Shown here one piece after another: positions 25,701 to 40,700 of a DNA stretch of 64,000 nt. Source of the DNA: Paraphysomonas bandaiensis (taxonomy: Eukaryota > Protista > Chrysophyceae); the NCBI GenBank assembly GCA_965644295.1, contig CBFFRP010000002.1, forward strand, positions 124,001 through 188,000. The letters are read 5' to 3'. Each line of letters begins with the position of its first letter. Positions within the stretch are counted from its first letter, which is position 1. The position numbers and the translations under genes were made by a program. The notes beneath the pieces are model-generated. The model had not been told where the DNA came from. It saw nothing but the letters and a program-made list of their open reading frames with translations, and made no database searches.

Positions 25701-28700
25701 AGTTACCCCAACTGTAGCGGGTGATACGAATGCTCCCACATTATGTCCAACATCTGCACCGAGTAGTTGTCCAAGTGTGAGTCCCACAGTTACCCCAACT
25801 GTAGCGGGTGATACGAATGCTCCCACATTATGTCCAACATCTGCACCGAGTAGTTGTCCAAGTGTGAGTCCCACAGTTACTCCAACTGTAGCGGGTGATA
25901 CAAATGCTCCCACATTATGCCCAACATCTGCACCGAGTAGTTGTCCAAGTGTGAGTCCCACAGTTACCCCAACTGTAGCGGGTGATACAAATGCTCCCAC
26001 ATTATGTCCAACATCTGCACCGAGTAGTTGTCCAAGTGTGAGTCCCACAGTTACTCCAACTGTAGCGGGTGATACAAATGCTCCCACATTATGTCCAACA
26101 TCTGCACCGAGTAGTTGTCCAAGTGTGAGTCCCACAGTTACTCCAACTGTAGCGGGTGATACGAATGCTCCCACATTATGTCCAACATCTGCACCGAGTA
26201 GTTGTCCAAGTGTGAGTCCCACAGTTACTCCAACTGTAGCGGGTGATACGAATGCTCCCACAATATGCCCAACATCTGCACCGAGTAGTTGTCCAAGTGT
26301 GAGTCCCACAGTTACCCCAACTGTAGCGGGTGATACGAATGCTCCCACATTATGTCCAACATCTGCACCGAGTAGTTGTCCAAGTGTGAGTCCCACAGTT
26401 ACCCCAACTGTAGCGGGTGATACGAATGCTCCCACATTATGTCCAACATCTGCACCGAGTAGTTGTCCAAGTGTGAGTCCCACAGTTACCCCAACTGTAG
26501 CGGGTGATACGAATGCTCCCACATTATGCCCAACATCTGCACCGAGTAGTTGTCCAAGTGTGAGTCCCACAGTTACTCCAACTGTAGCGGGTGATACGAA
26601 TGCTCCCACATTATGCCCAACATCTGCACCGAGTAGTTGTCCAAGTGTGAGTCCCACAGTTACTCCAACTGTAGCGGGTGATACGAATGCTCCCACATTA
26701 TGTCCAACATCTGCACCGAGTAGTTGTCCAAGTGTGAGTCCCACAGTTACTCCAACTGTAGCGGGTGATACGAATGCTCCCACAATATGCCCAACATCTG
26801 CACCGAGTAGTTGTCCAAGTGTGAGTCCCACAGTTACCCCAACTGTAGCGGGTGATACGAATGCTCCCACATTATGTCCAACATCTGCACCGAGTAGTTG
26901 TCCAAGTGTGAGTCCCACAGTTACCCCAACTGTAGCGGGTGATACGAATGCTCCCACATTATGTCCAACATCTGCACCGAGTAGTTGTCCAAGTGTGAGT
27001 CCCACAGTTACCCCAACTGTAGCGGGTGATACGAATGCTCCCACATTATGCCCAACATCTGCACCGAGTAGTTGTCCAAGTGTGAGTCCCACAGTTACCC
27101 CAACTGTAGCGGGTGATACGAATGCTCCCACATTATGCCCAACATCTGCACCGAGTAGTTGTCCAAGTGTGAGTCCCACAGTTACCCCAACTGTAGCGGG
27201 CGATACGAATGCTCCCACAATATGCCCAACATCTGCGCCGAGTAGTTGTCCAAGTGTGAGTCCCACAGTTACCCCAACTGTAGCGGGTGATACGAATGCT
27301 CCCACATTATGTCCAACATCTGCACCGAGTAGTTGTCCAAGTGTGAGTCCCACAGTTACTCCAACTGTAGCGGGTGATACGAATGCTCCCACAATATGCC
27401 CAACATCTGCACCGAGTAGTTGTCCAAGTGTGAGTCCCACAGTTACCCCAACTGTAGCGGGTGATACGAATGCTCCCACATTATGTCCAACATCTGCACC
27501 GAGTAGTTGTCCAAGTGTGAGTCCCACAGTTACCCCAACTGTAGCGGGTGATACAAATGCTCCCACAATATGCCCAACATCTGCACCGAGTAGTTGTCCA
27601 AGTGTGAGTCCCACAGTTACCCCAACTGTAGCGGGTGATACGAATGCTCCCACAATATGCCCAACATCTGCACCAAGTAGTTGTCCAAGTGTGAGTCCCA
27701 CAGTTACCCCAACTGTAGCGGGTGATACGAATGCTCCCACATTATGTCCAACATCTGCGCCGAGTAGTTGTCCAAGTGTGAGTCCCACAGTTACCCCAAC
27801 TGTAGCGGGTGATACGAATGCTCCCACATTATGTCCAACATCTGCACCGAGTAGTTGTCCAAGTGTGAGTCCCACAGTTACCCCAACTGTAGCGGGTGAT
27901 ACGAATGCTCCCACATTATGCCCAACATCTGCACCAAGTAGTTGTCCAAGTGTGAGTCCCACAGTTACCCCAACTGTAGCGGGTTATACGAATGCTCCCA
28001 CATTATGTCCAACATCTGCACCGAGTAGTTGTCCAAGTGTGAGTCCCACAGTTACCCCAACTGTAGCGGGTGATACGAATGCTCCCACATTATGTCCAAC
28101 ATCTGCACCGAGTAGTTGTCCAAGTGTGAGTCCCACAGTTACTCCAACTGTAGCGGGTGATACGAATGCTCCCACAATATGCCCAACATCTGCACCGAGT
28201 AGTTGTCCAAGTGTGAGTCCCACAGTTACCCCAACTGTAGCGGGTGATACGAATGCTCCCACATTATGTCCAACATCTGCACCGAGTAGTTGTCCAAGTG
28301 TGAGTCCCACAGTTACCCCAACTGTAGCGGGTGATACAAATGCTCCCACAATATGCCCAACATCTGCACCGAGTAGTTGTCCAAGTGTGAGTCCCACAGT
28401 TACCCCAACTGTAGCGGGTGATACGAATGCTCCCACAATATGCCCAACATCTGCACCAAGTAGTTGTCCAAGTGTGAGTCCCACAGTTACCCCAACTGTA
28501 GCGGGTGATACGAATGCTCCCACATTATGTCCAACATCTGCGCCGAGTAGTTGTCCAAGTGTGAGTCCCACAGTTACCCCAACTGTAGCGGGTGATACGA
28601 ATGCTCCCACATTATGTCCAACATCTGCACCGAGTAGTTGTCCAAGTGTGAGTCCCACAGTTACCCCAACTGTAGCGGGTGATACGAATGCTCCCACATT

Positions 28701-31700
28701 ATGCCCAACATCTGCACCAAGTAGTTGTCCAAGTGTGAGTCCCACAGTTACCCCAACTGTAGCGGGTTATACGAATGCTCCCACATTATGTCCAACATCT
28801 GCACCGAGTAGTTGTCCAAGTGTGAGTCCCACAGTTACCCCAACTGTAGCGGGTGATACGAATGCTCCCACATTATGTCCAACATCTGCACCGAGTAGTT
28901 GTCCAAGTGTGAGTCCCACAGTTACCCCAACTGTAGCGGGTGATACGAATGCTCCCACAATATGCCCAACATCTGCACCAAGTAGTTGTCCAAGTGTGAG
29001 TCCCACAGTTACCCCAACTGTAGCGGGTGATACGAATGCTCCCACATTATGTCCAACATCTGCACCGAGTAGTTGTCCAAGTGTGAGTCCCACAGTTACT
29101 CCAACTGTAGCGGGTGATACAAATGCTCCCACATTATGTCCAACATCTGCACCGAGTAGTTGTCCAAGTGTGAGTCCCACAGTTACCCCAACTGTAGCGG
29201 GCGATACGAATGCTCCCACATTATGTCCAACATCACTGCAATCTAGTCCAATGCCTACTTTAAGTCCTACGTTACTTCCTAGTTGTCAGCCTTCTGTTTC
29301 ACCGACTTGTCAGCCTTCTGTTTCACCGACTAGTATTCCCAGTGTTGCACCGACATTATCTCCTACTGCTTTACCGTCCGTGGAACCAACGTGTAACCCC
29401 ACAGCTTTACCGACAGTAGCCCCTAGCATGACTCCGACATTGTGTCCAACGGTATCTCCCACTGCTGAACCTAGTCATCTGCCAACTCTAAGTCCTACGT
29501 TACTTCCTAGTTGTCAGCCTTCTGTTTCACCGACTAGTATTCCCAGTGTCGCACCGACATTATTTCCCACAGCTTTACCGACAGTTGCCCCTAGCATGAC
29601 TCCTACATTGTGTCCAACAGTATCTCCCACTGCTGAACCTAGTCATCTGCCAACTCTAAGTCCTACGTTACGTCCAAGTTGTCAGCCTTCTGCTTCACCG
29701 ACTAGTATTCCCAGTGTCGCACCGACGTCATCTCCCACAGCTTTACCGACAGTTGCCCCTAGCATGACTCCTACATTGTGTCCAACAGTATCTCCCACTG
29801 TTGAACCTAGTCATCTGCCAACTCTAAGTCCTACGTCACTTCCTAGTTGTCAGCCTTCTATTTCACCGACTAGTATTCCCAGTGTCGCACCGACATTATT
29901 TCCCACAGCTTCATCGACAGTAGTCCCTAGCATGGCTCCTACATTGTGTCCAACAGTATCTCCCACTGTAGAACCTAGTCATCTGCCAACTCTAAGTCCT
30001 ACGTTACGTCCAAGTTGTCAGCCTTCTGTTTCACCGACTAGTATTCCCAGTGTCGCACCGACATCATCTCCCACAGCTTTACCGACAGTTGCCCCTAGCA
30101 TGACTCCTACATTGTGTCCAACAGTATCTCCCACTGTGGAACCTAGTCATCTGCCAACTCTAAGTCCTACGTTACTTCCAAGTTGTCAGCCTTCTGCTTC
30201 ACCGACTAGTATTTCCAGTGTCGCACCGACAATATCTCCCACAGCTTCACCCACAGTCGCCCCTAGCATGACTCCTACATTGTGTCCAACGGTATCTCCC
30301 ACTATTGAACCTAGTCATCTGCCAACTCTAAGTCCTACGTTACTTCCAAGTTGTCAGCCTTCTGTTTCACCGACTAGTATTCCCAGTGTCGCACCGACAT
30401 TATCTCCCACAGCTTTACCGACAGTTGCCCCTAGCATGACTCCTACATTGTGTCCAACAGTATCTCCCACTGCTGAACCTAGTCATCTGCCAACTCTAAG
30501 TCCTACGTTACGTCCAAGTTGTCAGCCTTCTGCTTCACCGACTAGTATTCCCAGTGTCGCACCGACGTCATCTCCCACAGCTTTACCGACAGTTGCCCCT
30601 AGCATGACTCCTACATTGTGTCCAACAGTATCTCCCACTGTTGAACCTAGTCATCTGCCAACTCTAAGTCCTACGTCACTTCCTAGTTGTCAGCCTTCTA
30701 TTTCACCGACTAGTATTCCCAGTGTCGCACCGACATTATTTCCCACAGCTTCATCGACAGTAGTCCCTAGCATGGCTCCTACATTGTGTCCAACAGTATC
30801 TCCCACTGTAGAACCTAGTCATCTGCCAACTCTAAGTCCTACGTTACGTCCAAGTTGTCAGCCTTCTGCTTCACCGACTAGTATTCCCAGTGTCGCACCG
30901 ACGTCATCTCCCACAGCTTTACCGACAGTTGCCCCTAGCATGACTCCTACATTGTGTCCAACAGTATCTCCCACTGTTGAACCTAGTCATCTGCCAACTC
31001 TAAGTCCTACGTCACTTCCTAGTTGTCAGCCTTCTATTTCACCGACTAGTATTCCCAGTGTCGCACCGACATTATTTCCCACAGCTTCATCGACAGTAGT
31101 CCCTAGCATGGCTCCTACATTGTGTCCAACAGTATCTCCCACTGTAGAACCTAGTCATCTGCCAACTCTAAGTCCTACGTTACGTCCAAGTTGTCAGCCT
31201 TCTGTTTCACCGACTAGTATTCCCAGTGTCGCACCGACATCATCTCCCACAGCTTTACCGACAGTTGCCCCTAGCATGACTCCTACATTGTGTCCAACAG
31301 TATCTCCCACTGTGGAACCTAGTCATCTGCCAACTCTAAGTCCTACGTTACTTCCAAGTTGTCAGCCTTCTGCTTCACCGACTAGTATTTCCAGTGTCGC
31401 ACCGACAATATCTCCCACAGCTTCACCCACAGTCGCCCCTAGCATGACTCCTACATTGTGTCCAACGGTATCTCCCACTATTGAACCTAGTCATCTGCCA
31501 ACTCTAAGTCCTACGTTACTTCCAAGTTGTCAGCCTTCTGTTTCACCGACTAGTATTCCCAGTGTCGCACCGACATTATCTCCCACAGCTTTACCGACAG
31601 TTGCCCCTAGCATGACTCCTACATTGTGTCCAACGGTATCTCCCACTGTTGAACCTAGTCATCTGCCAACTCTAAGTCCTACGTTACGTCCAAGTTGTCA

Positions 31701-34700
31701 GCCTTCTGCTTCACCGACTAGTATTCCCAGTGTCGCACCGACATTATCTCCCACAGCTTCACCGACAGTAGTCCCTAGCATGGCTCCTACTTTGTGTCCA
31801 ACGGTATCTTCCACTGTGGAACCTAGTCATCTGCCAACTCTCAGTCCTACGTCACTTCCAAGTTGTCAGCCTTCTGTCGCACCGACATTATTTCCCACAG
31901 CTTCACCGTCCGTGGAACCAACATGTAATCCCACAGCTTTACCGACAGTAGCCCCTAGCATGACTCCTACATTGTGTCCAACGGTATCTCCCACTGTGGA
32001 ACCTAGTCGTCTGCCAACTCTAAGTCCTACGTTACGTCCAAGTTGTCAGCCTTCTATTTCACCGACTAGCATTCCCAGTGTCGCACCGACGTCATCTCCC
32101 ACAGCTTCACCGACAGTAGCCCCTAGCATGACTCCTACATTGTGTCCAACGGTATCTCCCACTGCTGAACCTAGTCATCTGCCAACTCTAAGCCCTACGT
32201 TACGTCCAAGTTGTCAGCCTTCTGTCGCACCGACTAGTATTCCCAGTGTCGCACCGACATCATCTCCCACAGCTTTACCGACAGTAGCCCCTAGCATGAC
32301 TCCTACATTGTGTCCAACGGTATCTCCCACTGTTGAACCTAGTCATCTGCCAACTCTAAGTCCTACGTTACGTCCAAGTTGTCAGCCTTCTGCTTCACCG
32401 ACTAGTATTCCCAGTGTCGCACCGACATTATCTCCCACAGCTTCACCGACAGTAGTCCCTAGCATGGCTCCTACTTTGTGTCCAACGGTATCTTCCACTG
32501 TGGAACCTAGTCATCTGCCAACTCTCAGTCCTACGTCACTTCCAAGTTGTCAGCCTTCTGTCGCACCGACATTATTTCCCACAGCTTCACCGTCCGTGGA
32601 ACCAACATGTAATCCCACAGCTTTACCGACAGTAGCCCCTAGCATGACTCCTACATTGTGTCCAACGGTATCTCCCACTGTGGAACCTAGTCGTCTGCCA
32701 ACTCTAAGTCCTACGTTACGTCCAAGTTGTCAGCCTTCTATTTCACCGACTAGCATTCCCAGTGTCGCACCGACGTCATCTCCCACAGCTTCACCGACAG
32801 TAGCCCCTAGCATGACTCCTACATTGTGTCCAACGGTATCTCCCACTGCTGAACCTAGTCATCTGCCAACTCTAAGCCCTACGTTACGTCCAAGTTGTCA
32901 GCCTTCTGTCGCACCGACTAGTATTCCCAGTGTCGCACCGACATCATCTCCCACAGCTTTACCGACAGTAGCCCCTAGCATGACTCCTACATTGTGTCCA
33001 ACAGTATCTCCCACTGTGGAACCTAGTCATCTGCCAACTCTAAGTCCTACGTCACCTCCTAGTTGTCAGCCTTCTGTTTCACCGACTAGTATTCCCAGTG
33101 TCGCACCGACATTATTTCCCACAGCTTCACCGACAGTAGCCCCTAGCATGGCTCCTACTTTGTGTCCAACGGTATCTCCCACTGTGGAACCTAGTCATCT
33201 GCCAACTCTAAGTCCTACGTTACGTCCAAGTTGTCAGCCTTCTGTCGCACCGACTAGTATTCCCAGTGTCGCACCGACATCATCTCCCACAGCTTTACCG
33301 ACAGTAGCCCCTAGCATGACTCCTACATTGTGTCCAACAGTATCTCCCACTGTGGAACCTAGTCATCTGCCAACTCTAAGTCCTACGTCACCTCCTAGTT
33401 GTCAGCCTTCTGTTTCACCGACTAGTATTCCCAGTGTCGCACCGACATCATCTCCCACAGCTTTACCGACAGTAGCCCCTAGCATGACTCCTACATTGTG
33501 TCCAACAGTATCTCCCACTGTGGAACCTAGTCATCTGCCAACTCTAAGTCCTACGTCACCTCCTAGTTGTCAGCCTTCTGTTTCACCGACTAGTATTCCC
33601 AGTGTCGCACCGACATTATTTCCCACAGCTTCACCGACAGTAGCCCCTAGCATGGCTCCTACTTTGTGTCCAACGGTATCTCCCACTGTGGAACCTAGTC
33701 ATCTGCCAACTCTAAGTCCTACGTTACGTCCAAGTTGTCAGCCTTCTGTCGCACCGACTAGTATTCCCAGTGTCGCACCGACATCATCTCCCACAGCTTT
33801 ACCGACAGTAGCCCCTAGCATGACTCCTACATTGTGTCCAACAGTATCTCCCACTATGGAACCTAGTCATCTGCCAACTCTAAGTCCTACGTCACCTCCT
33901 AGTTGTCAGCCTTCTGTTTCACCGACTAGTATTCCCAGTGTCGCACCGACATTATTTCCCACAGCTTCACCGTCCGTGGAACCAACATGTAATCCCACAG
34001 CTTTACCGACAGTAGCCCCTAGCATGGCTCCTACATTGTGCCCTTCATCTCTTCCATCGCCTGCACCTTCGAGTTTACCAACGCAGTTTCCTACCTGCGT
34101 GCCGTCTGTTTCACCTTCTTTAAATCCTACATACGCACCAAGTAGTTGCCCTTCATATTGTCCCTCAACTGAGCCGACGACTTACCCTAGTGAACCACCT
34201 ACTACTGTCCCTACCGCTGCACCAACGATAATTCCCACCGCAAAACCCACGAATATCCCATCCTCATTTCCATCATACCGACCTTCCTACACTCCAACGT
34301 TTTCCTTCTCGAGTCTCCCTTCTGTATCACCGGCTTCTGTGCCCTCATCGTATCCGACAACTTCTCCCACAGAATTATCGATATGCTTAAATGTTTCGAC
34401 AGTAGCTGTTTTATCTGAAGTGGTTGGGGTCGCGCCGGGTATATTCCGCGGATACTCTGGTGTTTTTGTGAGTTTCCCGACTACAATTCAGTTTATCAAT
34501 GGGTCTGGCGTGGACATATACTCGACGGGTGGTGACTTGTATGATGTAGTGCATGTGGCAGGTATCGAAGGTTCGTTTGGTGAAAGAGACGGAGATTTCA
34601 AAGGACTGTCTACGTTTAATAATCCCAGTCGACTCCGGTATGATGCTATGGAAAACGTGTTGTTTGCCGTTTCAGACTCAAGCAATGTTATTCGAATACT

Positions 34701-37700
34701 AGACTTTGAGACAAATAATGTATCTACATTGACAGATAGTTCTGGAAATAATATGATGTTTCCTATCCCTTCTGGATACCTTTCTGGAGGTAGATTTCCT
34801 GGTATGGATCTGGACATCGCGGGTTCGTATCTTTATGTGACAGATCGTTACAATTTGTACAATCTCACTCGCTCTTTGGATTCGCAGCATGATGTGGCGT
34901 ACAATCGCCAGATGTATACTGCACTAGCTGAATTTGCAGCTGCTGAGTCGTGGCCCAGCGACTACTATGTATTCGGTGTGGCAGCTGTTGAGCACGAATC
35001 GACGTTGTATGTGACAGTGTCGTATCGCCTGAATATATTGTTGCGCATACCAATGCGGGTCACACACTACTCTGAGATTGCAGTAGTTGCTGGAAATGCA
35101 TCTGATGTGTATGATGGAGTATTTCAAGATAACGTGACGCCATACGCTCGAGATGGGTTTGGCATGGATGCGATGTTAGCCTTTCCTTCGAGTGTAACTT
35201 ACGATCCCGTGAGCGATTCACTGTACTTTACTGAGAGTTTTACCGAATTTGATCAACACGTTGATGACTTGTATGTGGGTTCTATGACTGTCCGTCGGTT
35301 CAAGTTATCGACGGGGTACGTGAGTACCTATGCTGGGTATGATTTTTCCAATGGCCATGGTGACCAACATGAGACATACTTCACGGCCGGTGGGTATCGT
35401 GACGGGTGGGCTGCAGAGGCCGAGTTTTCATATCCTCTCACTATATCTTACGCTGGATATTCTTTTTTTGGGGAGCCGGTGATATTTTTAACTGATTTCT
35501 TCAACAATGCTCTTCGTGTAGTCTTTCCGCACAACTGTGATAATCCTCCTAATAAGACTATGAATCCCACCTTTTTTCCTACCAAGCATCCTACGTTGCT
35601 TCCAACCCATATGCCTACATTTTCCCCTTCCAGCAGTCAGCCATCTTCTGTACCGTCTTCAGCTCCGTCAATGTTACCAACGCTTGACCTAAGATGTATA
35701 AATATTTCGACAGTAGCTGTTTTATCTGAAGTGGTTGGGGTCGCGCCGGGTATATTCCACGGATATTCTGGTGTTTTTGTGAGTTTCCCGACTACAATTC
35801 AGTTTATCAATGGGTCTGGCGTGGACATATACTCGACGGGTGGTGACTTGTATGATGTAGTGCATGTGGCAGGTATCGAAGGTTCGTTTGGTGAAAGAGA
35901 CGGAGATTTCAAAGGACTGTCTACGTTTAATAATCCCAGTCGACTCCGGTATGATGCTATGGAAAACGTGTTGTTTGCCGTTTCAGACTCAAGCAATGTT
36001 ATTCGAATACTAGACTTTGAGACAAATAATGTATCTACATTGACAGATAGTTCTGGAAATAATATGATGTTTCCTATCCCTTCTGGATACTTTTCTGGAG
36101 GTAGATTTCCTGGTATGGATCTGGACATCGCGGGTTCGTATCTTTATGTGACAGATCGTTACAATTTGTACAATCTCACTCGCTCTTTGGATTCGCAGCA
36201 TGATGTGGCGTACAATCGCCAGATGTATACTGCACTAGCTGAATTTGCAGCTGCTGAGTCGTGGCCCAGCGACTACTATGTATTCGGTGTGGCAGCTGTT
36301 GAGCACGAATCGACGTTGTATGTGACAGTGTCGTATCGCCTGAATATATTGTTGCGCATACCAATGCGGGTCACACACTACTCTGAGATTGCAGTAGTTG
36401 CTGGAAATGCATCTGATGTGTATGATGGAGTATTTCAAGATAACGTGACGCCATACGCTCGAGATGGGTTTGGCATGGATGCGATGTTAGCCTTTCCTTC
36501 GAGTGTAACTTACGATCCCGTGAGCGATTCACTGTACTTTACTGAGAGTTTTACCGAATTTGATCAACACGTTGATGACTTGTATGTGGGTTCTATGACT
36601 GTCCGTCGGTTCAAGTTATCGACGGGGTACGTGAGTACCTATGCTGGGTATGATTTTTCCAATGGCCATGGTGACCAACATGAGACATACTTCACGGCCG
36701 GTGGGTATCGTGACGGGTGGGCTGCAGAGGCCGAGTTTTCATATCCTCTAACTATATCTTACGCTGGATATTCTATCCTAGGCGAGCCGGTGCTGTTTGT
36801 TACAGATTTCTTCAACAATGCTCTTCGTGTTGTTTTTACGGGAGAGTGCTTAGTTCCGCCAAACAAAACGCTGACTCCAACCCATGCTCCTACCATTTCT
36901 CCGAATCCTCTTCCCACTCTATATCCAACATCTATGCCACAAACATGGCAGCCATCTCCTGTACCAAGCTTTTCACCTTCAATATTACCCACTCTTGAAA
37001 CTACACAGAATGTTTCGACAGTAGCTGTTTTATCTGAAGTGGTTGGGGTCGCGCCGGGTATATTCCGCGGATACTCTGGTGTTTTTGTGAGTTTCCCGAC
37101 TACAATTCAGTTTATCAATGGGTCTGGCGTGGACATATACTCGACGGGTGGTGACTTGTATGATGTAGTGCATGTGGCAGGTATCGAAGGTTCGTTTGGT
37201 GAAAGAGACGGAGATTTCAAAGGACTGTCTACGTTTAATAATCCCAGTCGACTCCGGTATGATGCTATGGAAAACGTGTTGTTTGCCGTTTCAGACTCAA
37301 GCAATGTTATTCGAATACTAGACTTTGAGACAAATAATGTATCTACATTGACAGATAGTTCTGGAAATAATATGATGTTTCCTATCCCTTCTGGATACTT
37401 TTCTGGAGGTAGATTTCCTGGTATGGATCTGGACATCGCGGGTTCGTATCTTTATGTGACAGATCGTTACAATTTGTACAATCTCACTCGCTCTTTGGAT
37501 TCGCAGCATGATGTGGCGTACAATCGCCAGATGTATACTGCACTAGCTGAATTTGCAGCTGCTGAGTCGTGGCCCAGCGACTACTATGTATTCGGTGTGG
37601 CAGCTGTTGAGCACGAATCGACGTTGTATGTGACAGTGTCGTATCGCCTGAATATATTGTTGCGCATACCAATGCGGGTCACACACTACTCTGAGATTGC

Positions 37701-40700
37701 AGTAGTTGCTGGAAATGCATCTGATGTGTATGATGGAGTATTTCAAGATAACGTGACGCCATACGCTCGAGATGGGTTTGGCATGGATGCGATGTTAGCC
37801 TTTCCTTCGAGTGTAACTTACGATCCCGTGAGCGATTCACTGTACTTTACTGAGAGTTTTACCGAATTTGATCAACACGTTGATGACTTGTATGTGGGTT
37901 CTATGACTGTCCGTCGGTTCAAGTTATCGACGGGGTACGTGAGTACCTATGCTGGGTATGATTTTTCCAATGGCCATGGTGACCAACATGAGACATACTT
38001 CACGGCCGGTGGGTATCGTGACGGGTGGGCTGCAGAGGCCGAGTTTTCATATCCTCTCACTATATCTTACGCTGGATATTCTATCCTAGGCGAGCCGATT
38101 CTGTTTGTTACAGATTTCTTCAACAGTGCTGTCAGAGTTATATATAGTATACCACTACTTGGAGCAGTTTTTTCTGCTCGCCTTTTGTCGTCCGGCTTGG
38201 AAAACACTGTATCATCCCCATTATTCAATGCGTCGGCATCGAATGGTACCAATGCATCCTCGCTGTTTAACGAGTTTATTGCAATGTGTGTATACGATAG
38301 CAATTCATACTCACGCACGCCCTCATTTCTGCCGTCGATGCCACCCCCAGTCCCAACCTATTCTCCAACTCCTTCTGCCACAGTCATTGAAGCACCTCTT
38401 TATAATAGTATTGTACCCTTACTTAACACCTACAATCGAGAGGCAAACACAATAGTGGTCGAAGTCACTGGTTTGTCGTCTCATGGCTTTTTGTACTGTG
38501 CTGCGTACACTGGTGAAAATAGTCAAACCTTGGCATCTGTGTTGGATATTCGGTACCGTGCATCACATGTGCAGTTTGTACGCAACTCAACTGCATCTGT
38601 GACTGTAAATGGATTGTATCCTGGTGTAGTACACAGAGTCCTATGTGGAACACATTCAGCTGGAACTGTTCTTTTAACTGGTTCTTCGCACTTGAGCCTT
38701 GGAGAAGTACTGTCTCGTTCAGTTGAAGTCTCGATACCTGGACCTAAAGCTATCTACTTGGCATACCCCTATGGACACCGTCACTTTAGCCCTGGCGTGT
38801 CGCATCCTCTTCACATCAGAGTGGATGCTTTGCCATCTGTTGAGCTTGAGGTCAGACCCATGGCCTTCTTCCAATTACATGGAGACCTAGGGGAATGCAA
38901 TACAGGTGAATTAACGTCCTTCGAGGCCGCTGAAAATGTGTCATTTTCAGAAGAGTCGGTACTGTTTTCATCGAGCACCAGTGTGTCCGATATGTCGATA
39001 GATGTTTATTTCAGCGTACACTCACCAGGGTGTTATTACATAGGACTCGATGTGAGTGGCCAAAGTGCCGGTGAATACGACCGCAATCTCACAATTTCTG
39101 CGGCATATTCGGAATTTAATACAATTGTTCTACAGTACTATGCTCTAGGTGATTTAGTTGAAGCCCCCAATTTACTTTCTGTTACTTTCACCCCAAGTGG
39201 TAGTCATGCATTTATTGCATTTGATTCAGCCACTGATAGGGGACTGACGAGTGGAGTGCTTAAATCTCCGAATGATACGTTTTATTGCAGTGATATATTT
39301 AGTTTCACTGCTGCCAATTCGTCGTCGTGTTTATTTGTGTCTGACACCGAGGTTCTTGTCACTTTCCCTCATGGCTATTTATTCGACCTGCCGGTAGTTG
39401 GAAGTGATATAGGAATCGTCAGAGGTGTTGTGCGTGCCCATTGTTCTGAAATAAGTTGCAATACACTTCCCACATCCACATCCCCAGCTTCTGTATTTTC
39501 TGCACCTACCGATATTGATATGCCTCAGTTAATCATCACTGCCCCACAAACCGCGAATAGAACTGATGGCATCGTTTTATATTTTGACTCTTCGAGTGGG
39601 CATGGTGGTAGAAGCTGGTTAGACGTACAATGGGTTGCCTATCGTGACGGTTTACTGGACGTCTCTATTACGGGGATGTTGAATTCAGGTGAAGCTAAGT
39701 CATCCTGCCTTTTCCGACTGTGTGTAGTTGTGGAAGGTGGGCTTCTGGAGCATGCGATATACACCTTTGTCTTAGAGGCAGCGAATTGGCTTGGTGGAGT
39801 AGGATACAGTTCTATAACTGTTGACGTGACATCTTCATGGTTTCATGTGGGTATTGCCGAAGGGAATGATATCGTTTTGCACCATCGTCAAAACTTATAC
39901 TTGCATAGCTTTATTGAGCCCACTTTAACCGTTAGTGAGTTGACAAGTGACTTTGTGTACGCATGGAGTGTGTATAGAGATGGTGTCCGAGAAGATGGTT
40001 TGTCGAATGAGGCGAATAGTTCCAGTGACTTCTTTTTATCTGCCGGCAGCTTGGCTGGTAGTCTCTTTGAAGTTGATTTAATTGTGACAATCGTATCCAG
40101 TAATATGACGTCCCATGCCCGCGCCAGTGTCTTTGTGAGGAGAGGGAGCCTTCATGCTATTATTTCAGAGGGCAGTAGTATAACTCGCTCCTCCGAGGAG
40201 AAAATCATACTGAGCGCTGGGAACAGTGTAGATGATAGTAGCGGACTAATATCTGAGAAACGAGATAATTTTACAATTGTGTGGACGTGTCTCGTGGCAT
40301 ACTCAACTGTAGTTTCTCCGTGCTCAAACAAGGCGAATATTTCTTCTGCTATCGTCAACGATGGCAACCTCGAGTTGCCACCTTATTCCCTCAGCCCCTC
40401 GTATTCCTTTGTGTTCCAAGTGACTGTTATGAACTCTTTTGCTATGTACTCTGAGACCCGCATTATTGTGCGTACAATTTCGACAGGTTTGACATGCCCT
40501 CAAGTATCGGTATCGATATTCGATTTCAATTTTCGTACGACCGGTTACATTGTCAACAGCCACCACGAAATGTTGCTGCTTTCAGATGCTGCGTACCCAT
40601 CTGCTCATTTAGTGTCCTGGGGGATCACTAACCCCATCAATTCGCACTTGACGTCCTTTAATTTCACGCAGTCGTCGGGTGGTATTGTATCATTGCCGTA

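Noticed and set aside
24477-29219. Long minus-strand ORFs (GAFVSPATVGVTVGLTLGQLLGADVGH repeats)
   Set aside because: Antisense shadow of the 87-bp coding repeat. They are broken exactly where the GYT variant occurs and have no unique sequence.
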